From assembly GCA_017609755.1 (NCBI GenBank), contig JAFCDI010000001.1, positions 4,400-68,399 on the forward strand: 64,000 nt of DNA, in the 5' to 3' direction. The notes below the pieces were generated by a model. That model was not told where the DNA came from. It made no database searches and saw nothing but the letters and a program-made list of their open reading frames with translations. This DNA is from Candidatus Pacearchaeota archaeon. GTDB taxonomy: Archaea; Nanobdellota; Nanobdellia; Pacearchaeales; GW2011-AR1. Numbering within the stretch: the first letter of the stretch is position 1; every line of letters begins with the position of its first letter. Positions 47,465-56,504 of the stretch are shown here, in pieces. Both the position numbers and the translations under genes were made by a program.

Positions 47465-48550
47465 TTAAATTTTCTTTCCCATTCTTATTTTCTCTCTTAA
47501 ATTGTATATTTCTTCTTTAAAAAAAGTTACCAATCCTTCGTTTCCCAAAACTTCCAAGAGTTCTTCATCACTTGCCAAAAGCACTTTATCTAATCTTTTA
47601 AATTTCTTGATTAAGGAAGTTATATGTCTCTCTAAAAGATTTGTTTTATTTAGAATTCTCTTTCCTTTTGGAGAGATGGGTTTGTCATGAAGCTCTTCAA
47701 AAAGCATTCTAGAAATATTCATTGGTTCTAATAAAAAATCAAAATCCATTCTACTCAAAAGTTTAGATGCAAAAGAAGGATTAGAAGAAAAATAATCTTT
47801 AAGAAGCATTTTCTCTTCTTTATCTATATTTTTTATTGCTTCCTTTAATCCCATATTAATCACCATTCCTTCTTTTCCTAGTTCTGCCAAATATCTTTTA
47901 ATAATTCCTGAAATTCTTTTAATAATTTCTAACCTTTGTAAAACAGAAGAAACATCATTTATTGTGACTATTCTTTTCAACTCCAATGCATTTAGATTGT
48001 CTAAAACATCATTAAATATTTCTTTCTGTCTTTCAAGAGTTTGTAAAGTTTCTGTTGCTCTTCTAATAATTTCAGAACTTTCGTCTAATTCATAAGAAGT
48101 ATCTTTATAATACAAAGTTATTTTGTTTTTTCTTTCAGAAACAGCAACAACAAGAGTTTGAGCTTGTTTTGATGTTCTATCTGCTGCCTTATGTCTTGTT
48201 CCAGTTTCTTTTGTGCTTATGCTTGAACTTGGAGAAAGAAGAGTATTTGCATGAAGAATCTTTTTTAAATCTCCAGATAAAATAATTGCTCCATCCATTT
48301 TAGCTAATTCAACTAATCTTTGAGGACTAAATTTGGAATTGATTCTAAATCCTTTTTCAACAATTTTTTCTAAATTTCCATTATCTGCTACAATAAGTGC
48401 ACCCATTCTAGCTCTTAAAAGATCATTAAGAGCAGTTCGTATTGAAGTTCCAGGCGCAAACATTTTAAGAACATCTATAAAATCTTTTTCTTTTATCTTT
48501 TTCTTTTTAGAAGTTTTAGAACTTTTTTTAGTTGATTTATTTTTCTCCAT
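47465..48550 (-). CDS. disA: DisA-type diadenylate cyclase (c-di-AMP synthase, DAC domain plus C-terminal helical/HhH region)
   Basis: RMGALIVADNG...FSPQRLVELAKMDGAIILSGD...ETGTRHKAADRTSKQAQTLVVAVSERKNKITLYY is the DisA_N/DAC signature (DGA, TRH(R/K)AA). 361 aa. Confidence 0.8.
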   Translation of the reverse strand: MEKNKSTKKSSKTSKKKKIKEKDFIDVLKMFAPGTSIRTALNDLLRARMGALIVADNGNLEKIVEKGFRINSKFSPQRLVELAKMDGAIILSGDLKKILHANTLLSPSSSISTKETGTRHKAADRTSKQAQTLVVAVSERKNKITLYYKDTSYELDESSEIIRRATETLQTLERQKEIFNDVLDNLNALELKRIVTINDVSSVLQRLEIIKRISGIIKRYLAELGKEGMVINMGLKEAIKNIDKEEKMLLKDYFSSNPSFASKLLSRMDFDFLLEPMNISRMLFEELHDKPISPKGKRILNKTNLLERHITSLIKKFKRLDKVLLASDEELLEVLGNEGLVTFFKEEIYNLREKIRMGKKI

Positions 48551-48605
48551 AGAAAAAAGAAAGGCTAAGAATATATAAGTTTTTAGTAGAAATAATTCTT
48601 AAAAA

Positions 48606-49502
48606 TTATTTTATAGAAGAGTAGATTAAAGGGAGCGCTATTGTTGCATCGCAAGAAACATCTACAAAATTTGCTTGACTTTTCATTTTTCCCCAAGAGA
48701 TTCCTTCTCTTAAAGGTGCTCCAGAACTTCCTCCTGGTTCAGGCCTGTCTGTTGTTATTTGTATTCCAAAATCAGCTCCTTTTGAAAATTGTAAAGATTG
48801 TTGAATGAAATTTTTTGGCAATCCTCCTCCCACATAAATCACTCCAGTTTTTTTTGATTTCCAAGAAAAATCAATTATTTCATTCATATCTCCAAAAACA
48901 TCAATATTTGTTTCTCCTCTTCCTGCTGCAATTCTTCCCCACATCATAAGCCCTAGTCCTGAATCTGCAATACCTGGACAAAAAATCGGTATTTTTTTTT
49001 TATAACATTTCTTAAGAATTCCTCCTCCAGGAGAAAGTTCTCCTAACTTCCATAAAAAATCCTTAATATTGTCACATTTTCTTAAAATGTCATAATTTTC
49101 ACTAAAAAAATCCTCTAATTTTTCATAAACTGAATTTTTCATAAGAATGTTGTAGATTCTATCAATTCCTTCTTTATTTAGCTTTTCATCATTCTCAAAC
49201 TCACTTCCTAAATAATGTTTCTCTCCTAAATCTTCAATTAAATCATGAGTAAGAGTTGCTCCTGTTGTAACAAAAACATCCACTCTATCTAATAAATCAA
49301 GAATAACTGATTTCATTCCTGCTGGAACCATTGCACCTGCAATTCCCAAAAAAATCTTACAGTTTCCATCCTCAAACATTTGCTTCATTATAGAACTTGC
49401 TTCAGCTATTTTTCCTGCTCCAAATCCAACTCCTGAAAACCCTCTAACTAAATCAGAGACTTTCATAGAATTTTCTATTTTTAAATGTTTAACTTCTTTC
49501 AT
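48606..49502 (-). CDS. dys: deoxyhypusine synthase
   Basis: FLGIAGAMVPAGM...VDVFVTTGATLTHD pattern. 298 aa. Confidence 0.75.
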   Translation of the reverse strand: MKEVKHLKIENSMKVSDLVRGFSGVGFGAGKIAEASSIMKQMFEDGNCKIFLGIAGAMVPAGMKSVILDLLDRVDVFVTTGATLTHDLIEDLGEKHYLGSEFENDEKLNKEGIDRIYNILMKNSVYEKLEDFFSENYDILRKCDNIKDFLWKLGELSPGGGILKKCYKKKIPIFCPGIADSGLGLMMWGRIAAGRGETNIDVFGDMNEIIDFSWKSKKTGVIYVGGGLPKNFIQQSLQFSKGADFGIQITTDRPEPGGSSGAPLREGISWGKMKSQANFVDVSCDATIALPLIYSSIK

Positions 49503-49569
49503 ATTACTTTCAAAAAAAATTAAGTTTAAAAAGATATGTAATTAACTATGAAAATGGAGAATTATTGAA

Positions 49570-49806
49570 ATGAAAAGATTTGGAAAAAGCATAATAAAAA
49601 GATTTGGAAAAGGAAAATTAAGAGGATATTCTGTAATACAACTTATAGAAACATCTTCAATAACTATTCACTTTGATGAAATAGAAAATAGAGCTTTTAT
49701 AGACATTTTTAGTTGCAAAAAATTTGATGAAAAAAAAGCAGAAGAATTTTCAAGAGAATTTTTCAAAGCAGAAAAATCTAAAATAAAAACTTTATTCAGG
49801 AATTAA
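49570..49806 (+). CDS. S-adenosylmethionine decarboxylase-like protein (SpeH-type), N-terminally short
   Basis: LIETSSITIHFDEIENRAFIDIFSCK resembles the E-S autoprocessing site and H...F.C motif of AdoMetDC. Only 78 aa, with an in-frame stop directly upstream. Confidence 0.4.
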   Translation: MKRFGKSIIKRFGKGKLRGYSVIQLIETSSITIHFDEIENRAFIDIFSCKKFDEKKAEEFSREFFKAEKSKIKTLFRN

Positions 49807-49867
49807 TAAGACTTATATTATTTAGAATCTAAATCTTTTTAAAGAAAAAACTCCAATTAAAAATACA

Positions 49868-50053
49868 ATGAATAAGTGGTTAGGCATTCTTGCTGGATTA
49901 ATTTTAGTAGCTGTTACAATCTATCTTGCTGGAATGAATATTTGGGGATTTAGATACGCTGCAATAAGTGTCTTTAAAGGAATGCTAATTTGGATAGTTT
50001 TCTTTATTGGATTATTATTAATAATTCTTGGAATAACTGACTTAAAAGATTAG
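49868..50053 (+). CDS. small membrane protein (2 TM), hypothetical
   Basis: 61 aa, hydrophobic. Confidence 0.3.
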   Translation: MNKWLGILAGLILVAVTIYLAGMNIWGFRYAAISVFKGMLIWIVFFIGLLLIILGITDLKD

Positions 50054-50649
50054 TTTCCAAAAATAAATATTAAAGTTCCTTCTATAATTGCTGCAATAAG
50101 CAATAAAGGAAGAACAATTAATAAAAAGGTTTTTATAGAATTTACAAACAAATATCTAAATTTATCTATACCTTTTTTTTGAAAGACAAAACTGCCTAGC
50201 CTCAATCCAATTCCTAATGCAAGAAAAATTGCAGGTAATTCAAATATTCCATGAGGAAGAATTCTCCATAAACTAGAAAAACCATTTTCTGCGATACTTA
50301 AAGAAGAAACAAATCCCAAAACATAGCCATTAAGCAAAAGAGCTAAAAAAGGAAAGACTCCTAGAAAAAATCCAAAAATCATTCCAAAAAAACTACTTGA
50401 TAAATTATTAAGGAGGATAAATAAAATCAATTCAAATCCAGATAGTTTAGAGGTTTTTTCTAATAAATCTGTTATTAATTCTAGAATGTAATTTAACAAA
50501 TTTCCAGAAGCAGGAAAAATAAATGCTAAAAGAAAAGATACAAAAAAGATAATAATAGAAAAATAAATAAAATTTTTAGATTCTCTTAGATATTTCCAAA
50601 TATTTTTATACTCTTCTTTAATATTAAATTGTTTCTTTCTATTAGCCAT
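50050..50649 (-). CDS. SpoIIM/DUF95-family membrane protein
   Basis: Conserved LPHGIFELPAIFLA motif and 5 TM. 199 aa. Confidence 0.6.
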   Translation of the reverse strand: MANRKKQFNIKEEYKNIWKYLRESKNFIYFSIIIFFVSFLLAFIFPASGNLLNYILELITDLLEKTSKLSGFELILFILLNNLSSSFFGMIFGFFLGVFPFLALLLNGYVLGFVSSLSIAENGFSSLWRILPHGIFELPAIFLALGIGLRLGSFVFQKKGIDKFRYLFVNSIKTFLLIVLPLLLIAAIIEGTLIFIFGN

Positions 50650-50650
50650 T

Positions 50651-51322
50651 CTATGAAAAACGCCTTGAAATTGCTCTTGTTTTGTTAGGATATCTTTTTT
50701 TCAGATAAATTCCATAAAGTATTCCTGCAATCAATCCTCCAAAATGAGCGGTATTTCCTATTCCTAAATTAGTTGTTATTGAAATTAACCATAAAACAAC
50801 TAAAAGTCCTATAGCAGCATATTTGATTTTTATTGGAATTGGAATAAACATTACATATACTGGAAGATTTGGAGTCAACAATACTAAGATTCCAACCAAT
50901 CCAAATAAAGCACCTGAAGCTCCAACAGCATAAGCATTAAAATCAGCTAGAAAAACCAAAGAGAATAAAACAAAAAACAATCCTGCAACTAATCCAGAAA
51001 TAAGATAAAAACTTAAGTATCTTTTTCTTCCCAAAATTCTTTCAATCAAAGAACCTATAAAAAATAAAGAAAGCATATTAACAAAAAGATGAAAAAAATT
51101 TGCATGCATAAACATCGAAGTTAAAAAAGTCCAAAGATATTTTCCTGCAAAGATATTTGCAGGTTGCAATGCAATAGAATTAAGAGATAAAAGCTCTGTA
51201 GAAAGAAGTATTGAAAACAAAATAAATAAAATTACATTGATTGAAATTAGAATTGTATTTAAACTAAGCTTTTTAAAAAAATTATTTTTTTCTTTAACAG
51301 GAATTCTATAAACTCTAACCAT
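50651..51322 (-). CDS. rhomboid-family intramembrane serine protease
   Basis: GASGALFGLVG (GxSG catalytic Ser) and a later His in AHFGGLIAG. 6 TM. Confidence 0.75.
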   Translation of the reverse strand: MVRVYRIPVKEKNNFFKKLSLNTILISINVILFILFSILLSTELLSLNSIALQPANIFAGKYLWTFLTSMFMHANFFHLFVNMLSLFFIGSLIERILGRKRYLSFYLISGLVAGLFFVLFSLVFLADFNAYAVGASGALFGLVGILVLLTPNLPVYVMFIPIPIKIKYAAIGLLVVLWLISITTNLGIGNTAHFGGLIAGILYGIYLKKRYPNKTRAISRRFS

Positions 51323-52150
51323 TTATTTTTTTCTTTTAGAAGATTTAGAAGTTTTAATTGATTTTTTCTTAACTATCTTCTTTTTTACTAGTGCTTTTTT
51401 CTTAACAACCTTTTTCTTAATTGTTGCTTTTTTCTTAACAGGTTTCTTTTTAGCAACTTTCTTTTTTACTGAAGCTTTTTTCTTAACTATCTTCTTTTTT
51501 GTAGTTGATTTTTCTTTTTGCAGTTTCTTTCGAGTTGCTTTTCTTTTAGCTGCAGCAATTGCTTTTTTTCTTGCTTTTTCTTTCTCTTCTTTCTTAATCT
51601 CTTTTAAACGTTGCTTGTCTAATTTTTCCTGTTCCTTATTAACCTCTAATTGAATAAGTTTTAATTTGCTTTCTAATTTAGAGATTTCTTTTTTTAATTC
51701 CCGCAATAATTTAGTGTTGTCCTTTAAAGTATAAACCTCTCCACATTCATTGCAGGTGAAATCGTGCAAAAGAGCGTTTTCTTGGTTAACTTCTATATTA
51801 CATTGAGAACAAACATAAAATTCTTTACTCTCTCTACTTTTAACTTGATTTTTTAATTGAATTATTTTCTGAGAAACTATTTCAGACAAAAATTCTAAAG
51901 ATTTTAAAACTTCTATTTTCCAAAAATAAGTATACCATCCTTTTCTTTTATCTTTTTTTCTTATAGATGAAATTAATCCGTGGTCAGCTATTTTATAGAG
52001 AATATTTCTAGTTTGATTAATTGTAATTCCTAACTTCTTTGCTATTATAAATTCGTTTACATATTTTTTTCCATCGAGCATATCAATTATGTCTTCTGCC
52101 TGTTTTCCGACGACAATTGTTATTACTTCCTTGAGAAATGTTTTAAGCAT
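51323..52150 (-). CDS. tfe: transcription factor E (TFE/TFIIE-alpha homolog) with a C-terminal lysine-rich KKKPVKKK repeat tail
   Basis: N-terminal winged helix, zinc ribbon CSQCN...CNECG, then about 90 aa of K(3)-[VA]-x-K(3) repeats. Confidence 0.75.
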   Translation of the reverse strand: MLKTFLKEVITIVVGKQAEDIIDMLDGKKYVNEFIIAKKLGITINQTRNILYKIADHGLISSIRKKDKRKGWYTYFWKIEVLKSLEFLSEIVSQKIIQLKNQVKSRESKEFYVCSQCNIEVNQENALLHDFTCNECGEVYTLKDNTKLLRELKKEISKLESKLKLIQLEVNKEQEKLDKQRLKEIKKEEKEKARKKAIAAAKRKATRKKLQKEKSTTKKKIVKKKASVKKKVAKKKPVKKKATIKKKVVKKKALVKKKIVKKKSIKTSKSSKRKK

Positions 52151-52290
52151 CCTTTTATTAAAAAAAATCCAAATAAATACCTTTCGGTTAATTTTATAAA
52201 AAGATAAAAGTTTTTAAACCTATATTGTATTTTATATATATCAAAAACTCTATGTTAAATAACATCCGTTAAAAAGAGTTAAAAGAAAAG

Positions 52291-52953
52291 ATGGGATTAT
52301 TTAAAAAAGAAAAAGGAAGTAAAGAAAAGAATTTTAAAGAACTTCCACACTTACCAGAACTTCCTAAACTTCCAGAATTAGAAGACTATGGAAATTCTGA
52401 ATTTTATTCTAAATCAATCCATCAACTTCCTAAATATCCAAATAATTCAGCTGGAGATAAATTTTCTCAATATAGCATTAAAGAAGCTGTAGCTGGGGGA
52501 AAAGAAGGTGAGGGAAGTTTTGAAGCAGATGACTTTGCAAGTTCTTCGCAAATGATGCCAAAAGCTCCCAAAAAACAATTTGTTCAAGAAATTCCTGATA
52601 TTTCAGATGAAGATGAACAAGAAAAATATACTTTTTCTACAGAAGAAAGTCCTCAAGAAGTTTTAAATGAGTCTCTAGGAGCAAGTACTCGAGAAATTGC
52701 TGAAATTCCTAGATTTTCAAGAAAAATGCAAAAACAAGAACCTATCTTTATTAGATTAGATAAATTTGAAGAAAGCTTAGATTTATTTAAGAAAGTAAAG
52801 AAACAAATTTCAGAAATAGAAACAATGTTAAAAGATATTAAAAAGCTTAAGGACGAAGAAGAAAAAGAACTAGAATTGTGGGAAAAAGAAATGCAATCAA
52901 TTAAAATTCAAGTTGAAAAAGTTGATAGAGATATTTTTTCTAAAGTAGAATAA
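52291..52953 (+). CDS. hypothetical acidic coiled-coil protein (LPELPKLPEL repeats at the N-terminus)
   Basis: 220 aa. C-terminal PIFIRLDKFEESL...coiled coil is similar to the next gene. Confidence 0.35.
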   Translation: MGLFKKEKGSKEKNFKELPHLPELPKLPELEDYGNSEFYSKSIHQLPKYPNNSAGDKFSQYSIKEAVAGGKEGEGSFEADDFASSSQMMPKAPKKQFVQEIPDISDEDEQEKYTFSTEESPQEVLNESLGASTREIAEIPRFSRKMQKQEPIFIRLDKFEESLDLFKKVKKQISEIETMLKDIKKLKDEEEKELELWEKEMQSIKIQVEKVDRDIFSKVE

Positions 52954-52955
52954 AA

Positions 52956-53312
52956 ATGGCAGAAGTAATCCACATAAAATTAGATTACAATGAAGCACTT
53001 CAATCTAAAAAAGATATTCTAAATTCTGAAATGGGTTTATTAAAAATTGCAAAAGCCATAAAAAATCATAAAATTCTAAGAACAGAAGAATTAAAAATCA
53101 AATTAAGAGCATCTAGAAAATTAAAAGATTTAAAATCAAACATTTCAAAACTTCAGACAACTCTTCCTAAAGTAAAAATACCTGAAATTCTAGAAAAAGA
53201 AGAGGATGAAGAAAATACTAAAACAAAACAAAAAATAGAAAAAAGACCTTATGATGCTAGTCTAGAAGAACAATTACAAGAAATTCGAGAAAAATTAATG
53301 CAACTAAAATAA
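52956..53312 (+). CDS. hypothetical coiled-coil protein, paralogous to the C-terminus of the preceding gene
   Basis: VIHIKLDYNEALQ... aligns with PIFIRLDKFEESL.... Confidence 0.35.
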   Translation: MAEVIHIKLDYNEALQSKKDILNSEMGLLKIAKAIKNHKILRTEELKIKLRASRKLKDLKSNISKLQTTLPKVKIPEILEKEEDEENTKTKQKIEKRPYDASLEEQLQEIREKLMQLK

Positions 53313-53352
53313 TATCAAATAATTTTTAAAACTCTTCTTTCTTAAAATAAAT

Positions 53353-55053
53353 ATGATAAATAGAAAAATATTAATAGAAAAATATCTAAAATTCTTTAAA
53401 TCAAAAAACCACAAAATTATTCCTAATGCTCCTCTAATTCCTGAAAATGATCCAAGTGCTCTTTTCATTTCAGCGGGAATGCATCCTCTAGTTCCTTTTT
53501 TACTAGGACAAAAACATCCATTAGGAAAAAGATTAGTTAGCATTCAAAAATGCATAAGAACAACAGATATAGAAGAGGTAGGAGATAATTGCCACCATAC
53601 TTTTATTGAAATGCTTGGAAATTGGAGCCTTGGAGATTATTGGAAAAAGAATTCAATTAAATATAGTTTAGAATTTTTAACAGAAATTCTAAAAATTCCA
53701 AAAAAAGAAATAAAAGTTACTTGTTTTAAAGGAGATAAAAATTCTCCAAAAGATATTGAATCCGAAAAGATTTGGAAAGATTTAGGAATTAAAAAAATAG
53801 AATTCTTAGGAAAAAAGGAAAATTGGTGGGGACCAGTAGGAAAGACTGGGCCTTGTGGCCCAGACACAGAAATATTTGTTAAGAATATAGAAATATGGAA
53901 CAATGTTTTTATGGAATACTTTCAAAATAAAGAAGGAAAACTAGAATTTCTTAAGCAAAAAAATGTAGATACTGGAATGGGTTTAGAAAGAACTTTAGCA
54001 ATTTTAAAGGGTTATGAAGACAACTATCTAACAGAAATATGGATGCCTATTATAAAAAAAATAGAAGAAATCTCTAAAAGAAAATACTCTGAAAATAAAG
54101 AAATTACTAAGATTATGAGAATAATTGCAGACCATATAAAGGCCTCAGTATTTATACTTGCAGAAGGAATTGTTCCAGGAAATTCAGAACAGAGTTATGT
54201 TTTAAGAAGATTAATTAGACGTGCAGTTAGATATGGAAAAAAATTAAATATGAAGAATTTCACAATTTCAATAGCAGAACCAATTTTTAAGATATTTGAG
54301 AATTATGAAGAACTAAAAACAAACAAAAAGAAAATTCTAGAAGAATTAAAAAAAGAAGAAGAAAGATTTTCAAGAACATTAGAAAAAGGTTTAAATAGGT
54401 TTCAGAAATTTGCAAAAGATAAAAATGAACTTTCTGGAAAACAATGTTTTCTTTTATATCAGAGTTTTGGATTTCCTATTGAAATGATTGAAGAAGAGTG
54501 TCAAAAACAAAAAATTAAAATCTCTAAAAAAGATTTTGAAAAAGCAAATAAGGAACATCAAAAAATTTCTAGAACAGCAACAGCAGGAAGATTCAAATCT
54601 GGTTTAGCGGATTCTTCAGAGTCAACAACAAAATTGCATACAGCAGCGCATTTATTATTACAAGCTCTTAAGATAATACTCAAAAAGAATTCAATAGTTC
54701 AAAAAGGTTCAAACATAACTCCAGAAAGATTGAGATTAGATTTTTCTTTTTCTAGAAAATTAACAAAAGAAGAAATAGAAAAAATAGAAAATTTAGTAAA
54801 TGCTCAAATTCAAAATTCTTGCGAGGTAATTAGAAAAGAAATGCCTTTAAAAGAAGCAAAGAAACAAGGCGCTTGTGGAATCTTTGATAAAAAATACGGA
54901 GATAAAGTTTCAGTTTATTCAATAGGGAATTTTTCAAAAGAAATTTGTACAGGCCCTCATGTAAAAAATACTTGTGAACTAGGAAAATTTAAAATAATAA
55001 AAGAAGAGTCAGTTGGAGCAGGAATAAGGCGTATTAAAGCAATATTAGAATAA
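53353..55053 (+). CDS. alaS: alanyl-tRNA synthetase, short form (catalytic plus editing domains, no C-terminal C-Ala domain)
   Basis: NDPSALFISAGMHP, QKCIRTTDIEEVGD..HHTFIEMLGNWSLGDYWK. Editing-domain HTAAHLLLQALK (HxxxH) and ICTGPHV (CxxxH). 566 aa. Confidence 0.8.
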   Translation: MINRKILIEKYLKFFKSKNHKIIPNAPLIPENDPSALFISAGMHPLVPFLLGQKHPLGKRLVSIQKCIRTTDIEEVGDNCHHTFIEMLGNWSLGDYWKKNSIKYSLEFLTEILKIPKKEIKVTCFKGDKNSPKDIESEKIWKDLGIKKIEFLGKKENWWGPVGKTGPCGPDTEIFVKNIEIWNNVFMEYFQNKEGKLEFLKQKNVDTGMGLERTLAILKGYEDNYLTEIWMPIIKKIEEISKRKYSENKEITKIMRIIADHIKASVFILAEGIVPGNSEQSYVLRRLIRRAVRYGKKLNMKNFTISIAEPIFKIFENYEELKTNKKKILEELKKEEERFSRTLEKGLNRFQKFAKDKNELSGKQCFLLYQSFGFPIEMIEEECQKQKIKISKKDFEKANKEHQKISRTATAGRFKSGLADSSESTTKLHTAAHLLLQALKIILKKNSIVQKGSNITPERLRLDFSFSRKLTKEEIEKIENLVNAQIQNSCEVIRKEMPLKEAKKQGACGIFDKKYGDKVSVYSIGNFSKEICTGPHVKNTCELGKFKIIKEESVGAGIRRIKAILE

Positions 55054-55069
55054 AAAATAAATTAAGTCC

Positions 55070-55456
55070 TTATAAAAATAATTCTATAAATACCCAAACC
55101 ATTAAAGCCAACCAAAGAAGTATGTATAGCCAATATGTTTTGAATAAAGTTTTATCTTTCATATGTTTTTCATAGATCGGAATTATTTTCTTAATTGGTT
55201 CTGCAAATCCTATTGCTATAAAAAGAGCTGCAAATGCCATAATTGCAAAGATTTCAACAACTGTAAAGACTTGAATTAAATAGTAAAATACAACTACCAA
55301 CAAGATGAAAACTACTAGCTTAAAGATTATCTCTTTTTTATACAGTCTTTTTGTAAGATTCATCCAGGCTTTACCATTAATTAAAAGAACCAACATCTTA
55401 ATTGCTGCAACAATTAATAAAACCAATGCTATGATTTCTACTGGTGTAAATGCCAT
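55070..55456 (-). CDS. small membrane protein (4 TM), hypothetical
   Basis: 128 aa, hydrophobic. Confidence 0.3.
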   Translation of the reverse strand: MAFTPVEIIALVLLIVAAIKMLVLLINGKAWMNLTKRLYKKEIIFKLVVFILLVVVFYYLIQVFTVVEIFAIMAFAALFIAIGFAEPIKKIIPIYEKHMKDKTLFKTYWLYILLWLALMVWVFIELFL

Positions 55457-55508
55457 TTATTTCTCCTCCTTTTAAAAATATTAGACTAAACTAGTATTTA
55501 ATTCTTTT

Positions 55509-56504
55509 TTATAATCCATATCTTCTTTGAAGAATTCTAAAACTAAAATGTTGAAAAAAATTAAGTCCTCCTCTTTGCTCTATTCTTCTTCGCATTTCTT
55601 TTAAAATTTCTGAATCTCTATACTCTCTCATATATTTCAAAGAAATTCCTTCAGAAGCTTTAATAATCTTAGGATAAGAAGTTAATTTTTCTCCTCCCAA
55701 ATAAATATTTTCATTATCTGCAAGAATAGAGGGCCCAGTAGCCTCCACAAAACAATAACTAGTATTTAAAAATCCATATTCTTCAGGACATTTTATTCCA
55801 ACTGAATCATGATTTTCTTTTTCATGATAAAAAAACACTGTTTCATATCCTATTTCTCTAAGAAGAAAAACAAGCAATTCTGATTTAGAAGCACAAGTCC
55901 CTTGTTCATTGTATAAAACTTCATAAGGATATCTCGAATAATTAATCGAATATCCTCCTACAGAAAGAGATTCATTTGAATATCCAAATTCAATATTTTG
56001 AACAAGACTTATAGCTATTCGAGCCTGATTTTCTGTATTTTTTTCTAAATTTTGTATTTTAATAACTAAAGGCATTAATAGAATTCTCTGATTTTCTTCA
56101 TTTATTTTTCTTAGTTTAAAATCATCTTTTTTAGGTTCTTCTCCATTTGAATAAAAAAGATAATCAGGAGAATAAAAAAGATAATTCGCCATTTTTTCAT
56201 AAACTATCATAGAAATATTAAATTCTTTTCCAGAGAAAAAGTAAGTTAAATTTATTTCTTTAGGATTTTCTTGATAGGGAGAAATACATAAATTTCCTTG
56301 AATTTCAGTTAAATTTGGACATCCGCAAATAGATGCTTTCTCAATTAAAATTCCATTCTCGTCGCAAAAATAAGGAGAATTTTTAGAACACTCTCCAATT
56401 TTTGTTCCATCTCCACAAGAATTAAAGCTATCAAAAAATCCAGCACTTCCAAAATTAATTAAAAGAATAAACAGAAAAATTAAGAAATATTTTTTAAAAT
56501 TCAT
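55509..56504 (-). CDS. secreted Cys-rich protein with a possible transglutaminase-like (Cys-His-Asp) core
   Basis: N-terminal signal/TM. QGTCASKSELLVFLLREIGYETVFF...HDSVGI resembles a transglutaminase-like catalytic core. Weak. Confidence 0.3.
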   Translation of the reverse strand: MNFKKYFLIFLFILLINFGSAGFFDSFNSCGDGTKIGECSKNSPYFCDENGILIEKASICGCPNLTEIQGNLCISPYQENPKEINLTYFFSGKEFNISMIVYEKMANYLFYSPDYLFYSNGEEPKKDDFKLRKINEENQRILLMPLVIKIQNLEKNTENQARIAISLVQNIEFGYSNESLSVGGYSINYSRYPYEVLYNEQGTCASKSELLVFLLREIGYETVFFYHEKENHDSVGIKCPEEYGFLNTSYCFVEATGPSILADNENIYLGGEKLTSYPKIIKASEGISLKYMREYRDSEILKEMRRRIEQRGGLNFFQHFSFRILQRRYGL

